From Raja brachyura (lineage: Eukaryota): a stretch of DNA of 64,000 nt. The notes under the pieces are model-generated. The model was not told the DNA's origin. It searched no databases and was given only the letters and a program-made list of their open reading frames with translations. The translations under genes were made by a program, and so were the position numbers. How positions within the stretch are numbered: position 1 is the first letter of the stretch; each line of letters starts with the position of its first letter. Positions 1-10,903 of the stretch are shown in pieces. The stretch is taken from NCBI GenBank assembly GCA_963514005.1, contig OY740813.1, positions 11,470,001 to 11,534,000 on the forward strand, given 5' to 3'.

Positions 1-2640
1 ATTTAAAGGCCACATAATTCTTGGTAGTATGCCAAATTGGAAGCACCACAGCTTGAGTTTTCCTGGTAGCAAGATCTTGTTGATGCAAGCTATGTGCATG
101 ATGGTATCCTTTTTCAGTTGTTCAAACTGCTCGGTGTCCTTGAGCTTTGCATCATACCATCGGCCCAAACTCTCCACTGGCATTTCTGAAACAGTTGGAA
201 CAGGTATTCCGTTAATATGAAATCTTTGATCCTTGACTTGACCTTTGACAATGGAGATGCTTCTGCACTTGCTGGGTTTAATCTTCATCCTTGCCCTTGT
301 GATGTTTTGATGAAGTTTTTCAGAAGTCTCTTGGTGCAGGGGATAGTTGTTGTTAGTGTTGTTATATCGTCCATATAGGCTCGTACCAGTGGCAATCGCT
401 GACCACACTGTAGCCGTTTTCCTCCCACAACCCATTTTGATGATAACCCATTTTCTGATAATGAACTCCATTGCCATAGTGAAGGTCAATGGGGAGATGG
501 TGCACCCCGCCATGATGCCTACTTCCAGTGGTTGCCATGCTGTGGTACAGTCTGATGTTGTGAGACAAAATTGCAGATCCTGGAAGTAGTTTTTTACCAG
601 ATTTGTTATTATTGCTGGCACCTGAAAGAATTCAAAAGCAGTCCACAGTAGCGAATGAGGAACTGATCCATAGGTGTTGGCCAGATTGAGGAACAAGACA
701 TGCAGATTATTTTGTTCTTTCTTGGCAGTCTGGATTTGATGCCATATGATGCCATATGACGCTGGTATGTTCAAGGCATCCCGAGAAGCCTGCTGTGCCA
801 GCCTTTTGGATTGACGTATCAATGAAATGGTTTTGTTTCAGATACTTTGTAAGTCTTTTTGCCACCACACTGAAAAAGATCGTGCCCTCTATGTTAAGAA
901 GGTTTATTTGCCGAAACTGTTCAATGGTGGAAGAATTTCTTTCTTTTGGAATCAGGACTCCCCCTGCTCTTCGCCAGGCTTTGGGGATGACTTCCTTTTC
1001 CCACGCAACCCTCATGTTCCTCCAGAGGAATTTCAGAATATCTGGGGCATTCTTGTGGACACAATACGGAACACCATTAGGGCCTGGTGCAGAGGCCGTT
1101 CTTGCCTTCTACACTACTTCTTTTACCTCACTCAGCTTGGGAGGGCTTTTAAAAAAAATTTTTTTTTTTAGAAAAATAGAATAAACTATCCATAATACAA
1201 CTTAGGAGATAGGTCCGTAGGTCAGAGAGCATAACTATTCATCTAGTCCTGGGTTCAAACTTCCGTCAGGTCTCAGCACCGGCCCATTCTACCCCTTCAA
1301 ATAATCTATGAACGGGGACCATATTTTAGTAAATAATTCTGGTTTGTCAATTAAGACAAATCTAATTTTTTCCAGATTTAAGGTCTCCGACATCTCCGTA
1401 ATCCACATTGTGATTGTGGGGGTTGCAGGGTTTTTCCAAAATTTTAATATTAATGTTTTCCCAGTTATACTGTAATCAAGGAAATTTTGTTGGTTTATTG
1501 TAAGTTTTAGGTATTGTTCAGATATGCCTAATATTATTAATTTAGGATCGGGCTCCAGTTGAGTATTAACCACTACGGAAATATCCACCCAATATTTTTA
1601 AATTTTTATGCAACTTACAAAGGCATGGGTTAAATTAGCCTCAGCTTGGGAGGGCTGATGTCAAATAGATGTTGTGGGGGTGAGATTGGTGGGATGTCAG
1701 CGGGGACAAAAATCGGTCCATCTTTTAACTCATCAGTGTGGATGGTTCTGATGTGTCCTTCAACCTCCTTTTTTGACGCTTTCAGGGATCCGCTTTTTTC
1801 TTTTATTAAAATGCCTTTCACAAACTTAAAGTAGTTTGAGAAGTTCTTGCTTTTTCCTTCTTTTTGCGTCGTTTCCTTAAATTCTCTGCTCTGCGTAGCT
1901 TCGAGAACCTCTCTTTCTTCTGCTGTTGCTTTTTTCCACATCTTCCGCAAGCTTCTTCTTTCTTTTACAAGTCGTTGGATTTCCCGGAGACGACGATACT
2001 TGCGGGGAGGAGGCCTATCTTTCCTGCTGAGTTGTTCCTTCTCACCAAATTTCTCCTTTCCATAGCTGTAGACTAGATCACCCATCTTCTCCATCTTCTT
2101 ATTTGTTGCTGATCCCTTGATTCCACTTAAGATTAAGCTCACATCTGCATTGATGATTTCCCACTCCTTGCTGTTAGACTTTGGCTATTTCACCAATGGC
2201 TTACGTCCTTGCATGTTCTCCACTTTACGATGTGCCTGGTTGCGTCTTGGACTGGTGCTTGAAACTTCTGCCACATCCCGTAGGGTGCTGATGCTCTGCG
2301 GACTGTGGATTTCTTCCTGCCGCTGAGTTTCATCCAACTGATTTGACCTTCCTCTTGACAGAATCTTGTCAATGCGGGGCCCTGGGTTGGGGATTTTCAA
2401 GCATTTCTTCCGTCCCTGATGAATTTTGAGACCATGAGTTGATGTTACTTTAGTCCAGCCACACCTACAGGTTTGAAGAACATGTCCAGCTGCTCGTTTT
2501 TCAAGAGTTTTGCCACTTACTTAATTCAATGTCGTGTCCGTTCCAAAGTTTGTTACCGGGTGGGCAGTCGATGAGTCATCTTGCGCCCCCGCTCTTGCAG
2601 ACTCTGGGGGGATTTTTCTCTTTTAACTTTTTGTAGCCAA
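1..2640 (-). mobile_element. Degenerate HERO/R2-like non-LTR retrotransposon (N-terminal zinc finger + RT), interrupted by an L1 fragment; runs off the window start; lies upstream of the first visible torsin exon, probably intronic
   Basis: Minus-strand peptides: CRCGWTKVTSTHGLKIHQGRKKC (~2400-2470), IPKAWRRAGGVLIPKERNSSTIEQFRQINLLNIEG, LNLANTYGSVPH, GIMAGCTISP, AYMDDIT (~362-380). Several frameshifts and stops. Confidence 0.8.
1148..1639 (-). mobile_element. 5'-truncated L1-type LINE (ORF2 C-terminus, 3' UTR, A-rich tail) nested in the HERO element
   Basis: ORF 1289-1588 (KFWKNPATPTITMW...LEKIRF...FTKIWSPF) resembles the fish L1 ORF2 C-terminus. T-run at the left end. Exact 17-bp TSD ctcagcttgggagggct at 1131-1147 and 1640-1656. 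Confidence 0.8.
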
Positions 2641-2845
2641 GTGAGGGTGACTTTTGTTCTTGCCACAACGAGGCAGGGTCCTGTAATATCAATCAACCCT
2701 GACTTGGGGATAATATATAATCATCTCAGTGATGCTGTATTTGTGTTTGTGTTGAGAATAGGTGTGTTTGGGGATTTGTGGTGGTGGGGTGAAGAATTGT
2801 TGCTTCTGTGAATATATTTAATATAAAATAAATGTCTATCCTTAG

Positions 2846-3021
2846 GAGCAGCTGCAGAAATGGATCCGTGGTAATGTGTCCATGTGTGACAGGTCCATGT
2901 TCATTTTTGATGAAATGGACAAGATGCAAGCAGGCCTTATTGATGCCATTAAGCCTTATTTGGAGTACTATGATAACATTGATGGAGTGGTGTACCGGAA
3001 GGCGATTTTCATTTTTCTGAG
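2846..3021 (+). CDS. TOR1: Torsin-1 family AAA+ ATPase, internal coding exon with Walker B
   Basis: cttag|GAG...CTGAG|gtaaaa, 176 bp; [58 protein letters not shown]. Confidence 0.93.
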
Positions 3022-3439
3022 GTAAAATATATATTTATAGTGAATCACATGAAAAATGTTTATCATCAACTTTAAGGAATAAAAATACTGAATTTGAAAT
3101 AGAAATGTAATTGGGTACATTATTTTATTGACAAGTATTGCACATTTACTGAAGGCTTTGTCAACATATGTTGTAAATGGTATTGAAATTATAATGGAGG
3201 GAATAAATGTAATGCATGATCAGTCATTGTAGAACAAGACAACAAAGCAAACAGTGGTCTAAGAGCTGAGCAACAACTGAAGCATGCCATTTTACATGAT
3301 GTTCAAATTAAACTTCAAGACAAAAGCTGTGATCAAGGACTGTCAAAGGCCCATAATCTTCTTAAAAATTAAGAGAACTGAATGAAATTTTCAATTATTA
3401 TAGATTGAAACACTCTGAAACAAATATGAAACAATCTTA

Positions 3440-4168
3440 CTTGGATGACCTGAAATTAAAGCATATAATTAGTTAGTTACCTAATTGTAGATAATTACAA
3501 AATCCAATTACTAGATCTAAACATCTATCCATTTCTTAAGAAAAGGTTAACATTTTTTTAAAAGCCTAAGTGTCCAAATAACATTCACACAATAATTCAC
3601 AATATAACATGATTTTTAAATCTCATTGTCATGAATTTATAGGCCAAATGGAAGGAATTTAGTGTTTAATTCCCATAAATTAATGGCCATTTAAATCATC
3701 TTGCGAGTGGGATTTTGTGGAACGCAATCGTTTGGAACGTTGCGTTTAAACCCCATATTGGCAGGAAAAACACTGCCTGTTCGTATGGGTCCTAAGTCAC
3801 CTTTTCGCAACGTGAAATTTTGATTAAAGGCATCCTAAGAAGCAAGTTTATATGAAAAAATAAACGGTGTACCTTGCCTTGTCCCCTACGTGAGACCCGT
3901 CCCGTTGTCGGCGTTGACGGCATTAGAAGATGATTTTAATTTTACTCCTGCTATTAAATTATCCAGCGCTAATTTTAATAAACTTAATAAAACGGCAGTC
4001 AAAGCGATTTTTCTTCAGCAACTAAACAGCCTGTTCAAAATCGATTTTGAACAGGCTGAAGAAAAAATGCATTTTAAACCAGCCCCCCCACTCAAAGGTG
4101 CCAAAGTCGCGCACACAGCCAGTGACAGAACTGCAGCGCCGCTGAAGGTAAGTTTTGTAACATACCTA
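3440..4168 (-). mobile_element. Truncated copy of the hAT-like non-autonomous element also present at 34673-35539
   Basis: Reverse-complement similarity to ~34673-35400 (e.g. tgaaattaaagcatataattagttagttacctaattgtag); ends in ttttgtaacataccta, the terminal inverted repeat. Confidence 0.7.
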
Positions 4169-4695
4169 TACTCTGCCATTCAATCATGGCTGATCTATCT
4201 TTCCCTCTCAACCCCATTCTCCTGCCTTCTTCCCATAACCCCTGAGCACCAAACAAGCATTCTTAAAGAATAAGAATTAACTTGCATTCATGTAATATCT
4301 TGTTATATAATACTGACCAGAATACTACACAGTCCATGAAATACCTTGGTCAGGACATGGGAGGGAGCTTCCCTGGTCTTCTGCAAAATAACACAATAGA
4401 ATATTCAACAATCAGCTTGGAGGGCATATTTATCATTTTATTTTAAAAAAGACATCCCTAACTGTTCCATCACTTCATCAGTACTACAGTAAGATGCCAT
4501 CAGAGATTTCATGATAAATTCTCTGGGGCCTCATGATGGGGTGTTATGTTTTGTCGAGTTGAGTTGTATTAAAGCCTACAAGCTCCAGAGGAGACTCTTT
4601 GTGACTTGTCATAGAGCTGTACAGCATGAAACTGGCCTTTGGGTCCACCATGTCTATATTGACCAAAGTTGGTATACAGGCCTGGTCCTTTTACG

Positions 4696-5993
4696 GGTTT
4701 ACGAAAGGTAAATCATGTCTGACGAATCTTGTGGAATTTTTCGAGGATGTAACTAGTAGCGTGGATAGGGGAGAACCAGTAGATGTGGTGTATCTGGACT
4801 TCCAGAAGGCTTTCGACAAGGTCCCACATAAGAGATTAGTATATAAACTTAAAGCATATGGCATTGGGGGTTCAATATTGATGTGGATAGAGAACTGGCT
4901 GGCAAACAGGAAGCAAAGAGTAGGAGTAAACGGGTTGTTTTCACAATGGCAGGCAGTGACTAGTGGGGTACCGCAAGGCTCAGTGCTGGGACCCCAGCTA
5001 TTTACAATATACATTAATGATCTGGATGAGGGAATTGAAGGCAATATCTCCAAGTTTGCGGATGACACTAAGCTGGGGGGCAGTGTTAGCTGTGAGGAGG
5101 ATGCTAGGAGACTGCAAGGTGACTTGGATAGGCTGGGTGAGTGGGCAAATGTTTGGCAGATGCAGTATAATGTGGATAAATGTGAGGTTATCCACTTTGG
5201 TGGCAAAAATAGGAAAACAGACTATTATCTAAATGGAGGCTGATTAGGAAAAGGGGAGATGCAGCGTGATCTGGGTGTCATGGTACACCAGTCATTGAAA
5301 GTAGGCATGCAGGTGCAGCAGGCAGTGAAGAAAGCGAATGGTATGTTAGCTTTCATAGCAAAAGGATTTGAGTATAGGAGCAGGGAGGTTCTACTTCAGT
5401 TGTATAGGGTCTTGGTGAGACCACACCTGGAGTATTGCGTACAGTTCTGGTCTCCAAATCTGAGGAAGGACATTATTGCCATAGAGGGAGTGCAGAGAAG
5501 GTTCACCAGACTGATTCCTGGGATGTCAGGACTGTCTTATGAACAAAGACTGCATAGACTCGGTTTATACTCTCTAGAATTTAGGAGATTGAGAGGCGAT
5601 CTTATAGAAACTTACAAAATTCTTAAGGGGTTGGACAGGCTAGATGCAGGAAGATTGTTCCCGATGTTGGGGAGGTCCAGGACAAGGGGTCACAGCTTAA
5701 GGATAAGGGGGAAATCCTTTAGGACCGAGATGAGAAGGACTTTTTTCACACACAGAGTGGTGGGTCTCTGGAACTCTCTGCCACAGAGAGTAGTTGAGGC
5801 CAGTTCATTGGCTATATTTAAGAGGGAGTTAGATGTGGCCCTTGTGGCTAAGGGGATCAGAGGGTATGGAGAGAAGGCAGGTATGGGATACTGAGTTGGA
5901 TGATCAGCCATGATCATATTGAATGGCGGTGCAGGCTCGAAGGGCCGAATGGCCTACTCCTGCACCTAATTTCTATGTTCTATGTTTCTATGT
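4696..5993 (+). mobile_element. Young 5'-truncated CR1 LINE (RT C-terminal part + 3' UTR) in a torsin intron, inserted into an older antisense CR1-type 3' end (~4610-4690 and ~5995-6175)
   Basis: [30 protein letters not shown] motifs; single in-frame TGA at 5241-5243; TTCTATG-repeat tail. Confidence 0.95.
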
Positions 5994-6219
5994 TTTTGGC
6001 CTGTAGCCCTCAAAAACCTTCCTATCCATAGAATGTCCAAATGTCTTTGAAAAGGCATCATTGTTTACACTTCTACAGCTTCCTCTGGCAGCTCATTCCA
6101 GATACAGACTATACTCCAAGTGAAAATTTTGCCCCGTAAATCTCCCCCCTCTCACCTTAAACCTATGCCAGCTAGTGTTTGGTTCTTTGTTATAAATCTC
6201 TATTGTTTGTTGTGAACAG

Positions 6220-6347
6220 CAATGCAGGTGGAGAGAAGATTACTGAGATTGCACTGGACTTTTGGCACAGAGGAAGCAATAGGGAGGAAATTCAATTGAA
6301 AGATCTTGACAGTAAACTGTCTATCGGAGTCTTCAATAACAAAAACA
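6220..6347 (+). CDS. TOR1: Torsin-1 penultimate coding exon (sensor-1 SN)
   Basis: aacag|C...AACA|gtaagt, 128 bp; (S)NAGGEKITEIALDFWHRGSNREEIQLKDLDSKLSIGVFNNKN; phase matches neighbouring exons. Confidence 0.93.
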
Positions 6348-6529
6348 GTAAGTATGCATGCTAAATTTTGGCAGTTTGAAATGTGCTGCACTGGTTCAAC
6401 TTGGAATTATTGGAATCTTCTTTGTACAATTTGATTAATATATACTTTTTTGCTTAAAATGAGGAATGTGCAATGAAGAACACAGGAACAAAATATGCTC
6501 GCCAATTGGAAATCTGTACAACCATTGTG

Positions 6530-6800
6530 GGGGCACAGTGGTGCAGCAGTAACAATGCTGTCATACAGTGCCAAAGACCTGGGTTTGATCCTGACTATGG
6601 GTGCTGTGTGTATGGAGTTTGTACATTCCCCCTGTGACGGTGTGGGTTTCCTCCCCTATTCCAAAGAGGTGCGGGTTTGTAGGTTAATTGGCTTCTGTAA
6701 ATTGTCCCTAGTGTATGGGATAGAACTGGTGTATCGGTGAGCGTTTGTCGGCGTGGACTTGGTGGGCCGAAAGGACTGTTTCCATGCTGTATCTCTAAAC
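6530..6800 (+). mobile_element. tRNA-derived V-SINE (HE1-like)
   Basis: tRNA-like head, central tggagtttgtacattc...gggtttcctcc...ggttaattggc V-domain-like core, CR1-like tail gggccgaaaggactgtttccatgctgtatctctaaac. Confidence 0.75.
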
Positions 6801-7689
6801 AAAACATCCGTGTCAATTTTATGAAGGCTATGCTAGATGTTTTTGGACATTGTGCCTTTGTTTATCTGTTCATATATTTTTCCACTTCCATGAGTATTCT
6901 AGTTACCAGTGCACATCTATGGAATTCCTTATACAGGTTTCACAGGCTCATGTTGGGAGCTGCATGAATCTAATTCTATTCTGACATGCTTGCTGTTTGC
7001 ATTTATGTGCTTTCCAGTATTGACCACTTGAGGGTAATCAAAGTGCTGAAAGTTCTGTTCTGAGGAAGGATCACTGACTGGTTTATCTTTCCACAGATAA
7101 TGCTTGAGTTCTTCTAGCATCTCCGCTTTTGTTTCAGATTCCAGCATCTACAGTTTTATTTGTTTTCCCATCAAAGGTTACTGCACTGGCTGATTGCCTT
7201 TCCTTCATGTAGTCTCAGGAGCACAGATATTTATTGCTAAGTTTCCACAATGTTTGGTTGAAGGCTAATTCAGTGCAGCAGGAGCTTGAAGCTTGTAAAA
7301 TATTGGAAAGGCTTCACTTCTATAAAAATTGTTATCCAATAAAAGTTTGAAACTGAGTCACATAATGGTAATAGCACAGGTGACCAAATGATTGGTCAAT
7401 GAAGCATCTTAAAGGCAGAGGTTAAGGGAAGGAACTGGAGGATGCTGGTAGCTGAACAAATGGTGGAATAATTATGCAAGACCAGAGCTGGTGATCTATA
7501 TAGATCCTGACGGATTTATGGTTTGGTCAAGATTACGTAGATTGTGATGTGTTTAGGGCAATTAAGAATTTTAAAACCATGCAAATTGAAATGGTACATA
7601 ACCCAAGTTAGATATGAATGGCTGTATGATTTTGACGCTTAGCCTGATGTGATCTTTGTAAACTAATGTATTTTTGTTTAATTGGATAG

Positions 7690-7934
7690 GTGGATTCTGG
7701 CACACCAGCCTCATTGATAGAAACGTGATTGACTACTTTGTCCCATTCCTTCCTCTGGAATATAAACATGTCAAGTTGTGTGTCAAGGAAGAACTGGTTG
7801 CCAGGGGTTATGAGGCGGATGAGGAAATTATTACTTCTGTAGCTGATGAAATGACATACTTCCCAGAAAATGAAAAGCTCTATTCAGACAAAGGCTGCAA
7901 AACCGTAGCCACCAAGGTGGATTTTTACTTATAA
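7690..7934 (+). CDS. TOR1: Torsin-1 last coding exon (sensor-2 GCK)
   Basis: gatag|GT; [30 protein letters not shown]...[34 protein letters not shown]1A versus TOR1B cannot be assigned by eye. Confidence 0.95.
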
Positions 7935-7991
7935 AATGTGTGTGTTTTTTTAATTGAATATATTTTGCTTTTCGACACTGGACATTTTTTT

Positions 7992-8006
7992 AATAAAAAA
8001 AATAAA
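7992..8006 (+). terminator. Candidate torsin polyadenylation signals
   Basis: AATAAA at 7992-7997 and 8001-8006, about 60 nt after the stop; a more distal ATTAAA lies near 8766. Confidence 0.4.
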
Positions 8007-8905
8007 ATTAATGGGGTCATTGATTGCTGCAGTTGATGGATTTACCTGGGGATCACACTATTTGAATCTATCTCAATTTGCCAGTTTGTTCCTGTAGTGA
8101 TTTTAAGCTGCTATTTAAATATTGAGAATTTCACACATGTTTACATACATACAGACGGGAAGTAATTAGTTGAAAATGATTGCATTGCTTGATGGATTGC
8201 ATAGATTGAGCCACTGCACTTCTTGGAAAAAAATACTTTTTGTGTAAATTTAAAATTGAGTAAATGTTCTTGACGAAGGAACCCTGCTAAGAAATCAGCA
8301 ATGTTCAAGTTTAATCCCACCGTCCCACTTAAAGAAATGACAACGAGAAGAGACTAATTTATTTTGCAATGCACTAATGATCTATTCATGCACAAGGTAC
8401 TCAATTTCTCCTTCGTAGCAAATGTGAAAAAGCTTGTCCAACATGGGCTTTTTGTTCACCTTTTTGTTTTGCCTTTACTGATATTTTTGTGTCAACATTT
8501 TTCCAGGTCAAATCATGTAAAGTGTATTTTTTTTTAAACTAAAGCCAGTTAAGATAGATACATATCCCTAAAAAGGCAAATAGTGTCTGTTTTAGCAATT
8601 ACTTTTACTATACAAAATATTTCATACAGATACCAGAATAATCTTATTACTTTGTTATAGTGTCCAGTTATGTGACAGGCTCATGATTAAAATAGATACG
8701 TTACTTGGTAAAATATGAAAAGCCTGATATTTTTAACTACATTTTTTCCACTGTAAAGAGGTTTTATTAAAAAAAAATTCACCATGTGAAAATACATGTT
8801 ATTTTCTCAGATTATTTTCAATGGAATTTTTTTGGTGAATTGCATTTCATAAGCAATTTAGATCTAAAATGACTGGTGCTGGGATGGTGGAACATTATAA
8901 ATTTA

Positions 8906-9178
8906 CAGTGCGCTTTAAAACAAAAATACATTAGTTTACAAAGACCCATCATTTATTTATTTGCCTCTGTACTCCACAATTTGAGATTTGTAATAGAAAA
9001 AATCACATGTGGTTCAAGTGCACATTGTCACATTTTAATAAAGGCCATTTTTACACATTTTGGTTTCACCATGTAGAAATTACGGCAGTGCTTATACATA
9101 GTCTCCCCATTTCAGGGCACCATAGTGTTTGGGACACAGCAATGTCATATAATGAAAGTAGTCATGTTTAGTATTTTA
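8906..9178 (-). mobile_element. Tc1/mariner transposon, right terminal portion (same family as 15929-17514)
   Basis: TA|CAGTG terminus; reverse complement matches ~17300-17514. Confidence 0.85.
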
Positions 9179-10900
9179 CTTCGGAGTCACGTGAGTGACT
9201 TCGTGAAGACCCCGCCAGCACGCATGCGCGACATATCGTCGATTGCATTTGCAGTCGACAGCTGGAGGGGGGAGTGCGCTTCCCCAAAGGCACCTTCAAA
9301 AGAGGCCTCATGGTAAGTTTAAACTAACCTTGAGCTGGTTAGTCCCTGTGAGGAAATTATTTACTTACAGGAACGATGGAGTCGAAGAAAGGCAAGGCGA
9401 AACATGCCTCCAAGGGCCGCGGGACTTCGGACGGGAGTCAGCGGCCTCAATCCCCGGAGCCGCCCGCAACACTGGCAGCACCCGCTCCGCGGGCCAGGAA
9501 AAAATCGCGGAAGTCGGGGAGCCCTGTGCAGTTGGCAGGGCCCGACTCTCCACCACAGCAGGCTAAGGAGCTGCACGTTGGTCAGAGCACCGCGCGGGAG
9601 CAGGGTAAGCAAGACCCTGACACTCTGCCGCTATAGCACAAACAACAAAGGGCTAGCGGCAAACAGGTGCGTAAAACCGTGCCACAGTCAACGGCACGTT
9701 CTGTTTCCCCTGTGTTACAGGTGTCCAGAGGGCGGACCAGGGTGAAAGCCGCACCCAGGTCGAGCCCCGCTGTAGCGGCCGGCATCGACATGCCACCGGA
9801 GAAGTCTGCCAGATCGCGGACCGGTGATGGACCTGCTGGGAAGTCGGGGTGCCCCGCAGGAGTGGGAGGTACCAGCTCACCACCAGGGCAGGCTGCCAGA
9901 GTGCAGGCCGGTGGCAGTATATTTCGGTCGTGTGGCCCCGCTGAGGCGGCTGGCAGCGACTATGCGCCGTCTCAGTCCCGTATAACCGGGACTGGCGGTA
10001 AGCCCACGCGGATGTCGGGGAGCCCCGCTGCGGCGGCCGGCACCGACACGTCTCCGCTTCTGTCATACCAGACAGGCGGACCGCTACAATCTGGAAGATG
10101 GCGGACTAGCGGCATGTCCGCGCGGGAGTCCTGTAGCCTCGACTACCTGCCAACATACCCTAGACATCACCTCGACAAGGTGCGGTCCATTGGCAGAAGC
10201 CCCAGTAGTTCTGGAGAACCTGGGGAAGTCGACTTGCCGTCCGCAGATAACGGCGGCGGTCGCATGGCCCGGATGGAGCGCTTGATGGAGTAGCTGCTCG
10301 AGTGGGACCTGGAACATCAAGAATGGGGGTCCCTGCGATCTAGGAGCCATACAGCGGGTCCACTGAGTATTTCAGTGGTTAGCTGACTTTCAAGAGGGGT
10401 TGGCGCAGGAACCAGCAGAACCAGAAATCCCTGAGGAAGAGCTACTGGAGGTAGTTTCCAAATTTGCCCAGCCAGGGCATTCAGGGCAACCGCTACAGGC
10501 CAAACTAGCGGCGAGCATAAATTACCTCACAACTCACCAGCTGCAGGAACATGTGTTGACGGAGGCTATGGACAAATACAAAGCCCCAGGTAATTGTGTA
10601 TCGCTTAATGTCCCAGCGGTCAACACACCCATCTGGGGGAACATTAGTCCCGGGATCAGGGCCCAGGAGCTAAAAATTCAAAAGATCCTCAAACTGTTGA
10701 CATCAGGCATCACGGCATTTGCCAGAACCCTGGACGGGACAGAGATGACGGAGGAGCAACAGGATGCTCTGGCTCTATTGTGTAACACACAATACGAGAT
10801 CAACTGTTTCAGGAAAAGCTCCATCCGGCCCACACTTAACCCAAAATTTGCGGGGTTGTGCAAAGCCTCTGCTACTCCACCACGGAGACAGTTGTTCAGT
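9178..10900 (+). mobile_element. DIRS-like (tyrosine-recombinase) retrotransposon 5' half with a disrupted gag-like ORF1; RT, RNase H and recombinase are missing
   Basis: Abrupt switch to CpG-rich sequence at acttcggagtcacgtgagtgac; ORFs 9376 and 9667 share a frame with one stop; ORF 10400-10921 (PGNCVSLNVPAVNTPIW...QELKIQKI...DALALL...RKSSIRPTLN) resembles DIRS ORF1 proteins. Confidence 0.7.
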
Positions 10901-10903
10901 TGT

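Noticed and set aside
3890-4273. 127-aa ORF
   Set aside because: Crosses the boundary of a non-autonomous DNA element into a CR1 remnant; no transposase motifs.
4691-5206. 171-aa minus-strand ORF, with a twin at 31357-31713
   Set aside because: Antisense shadow of the CR1 reverse transcriptase, not a host gene.
6530-6600. tRNA-like sequence
   Set aside because: Degenerate SINE head continuous with a V-domain and LINE-type tail; not a functional tRNA gene.
9314-9370. Possible short leader intron before the DIRS-like ATG at 9376
   Set aside because: Under 60 nt, inside the element terminus, and without transcript support.
9605-9720. Apparent GT-AG intron in the DIRS-like ORF1 that would skip the stop at 9634
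   Set aside because: Splicing would shift the frame into an early stop; the flanking ORFs are already in frame, so a simple nonsense mutation is more likely.
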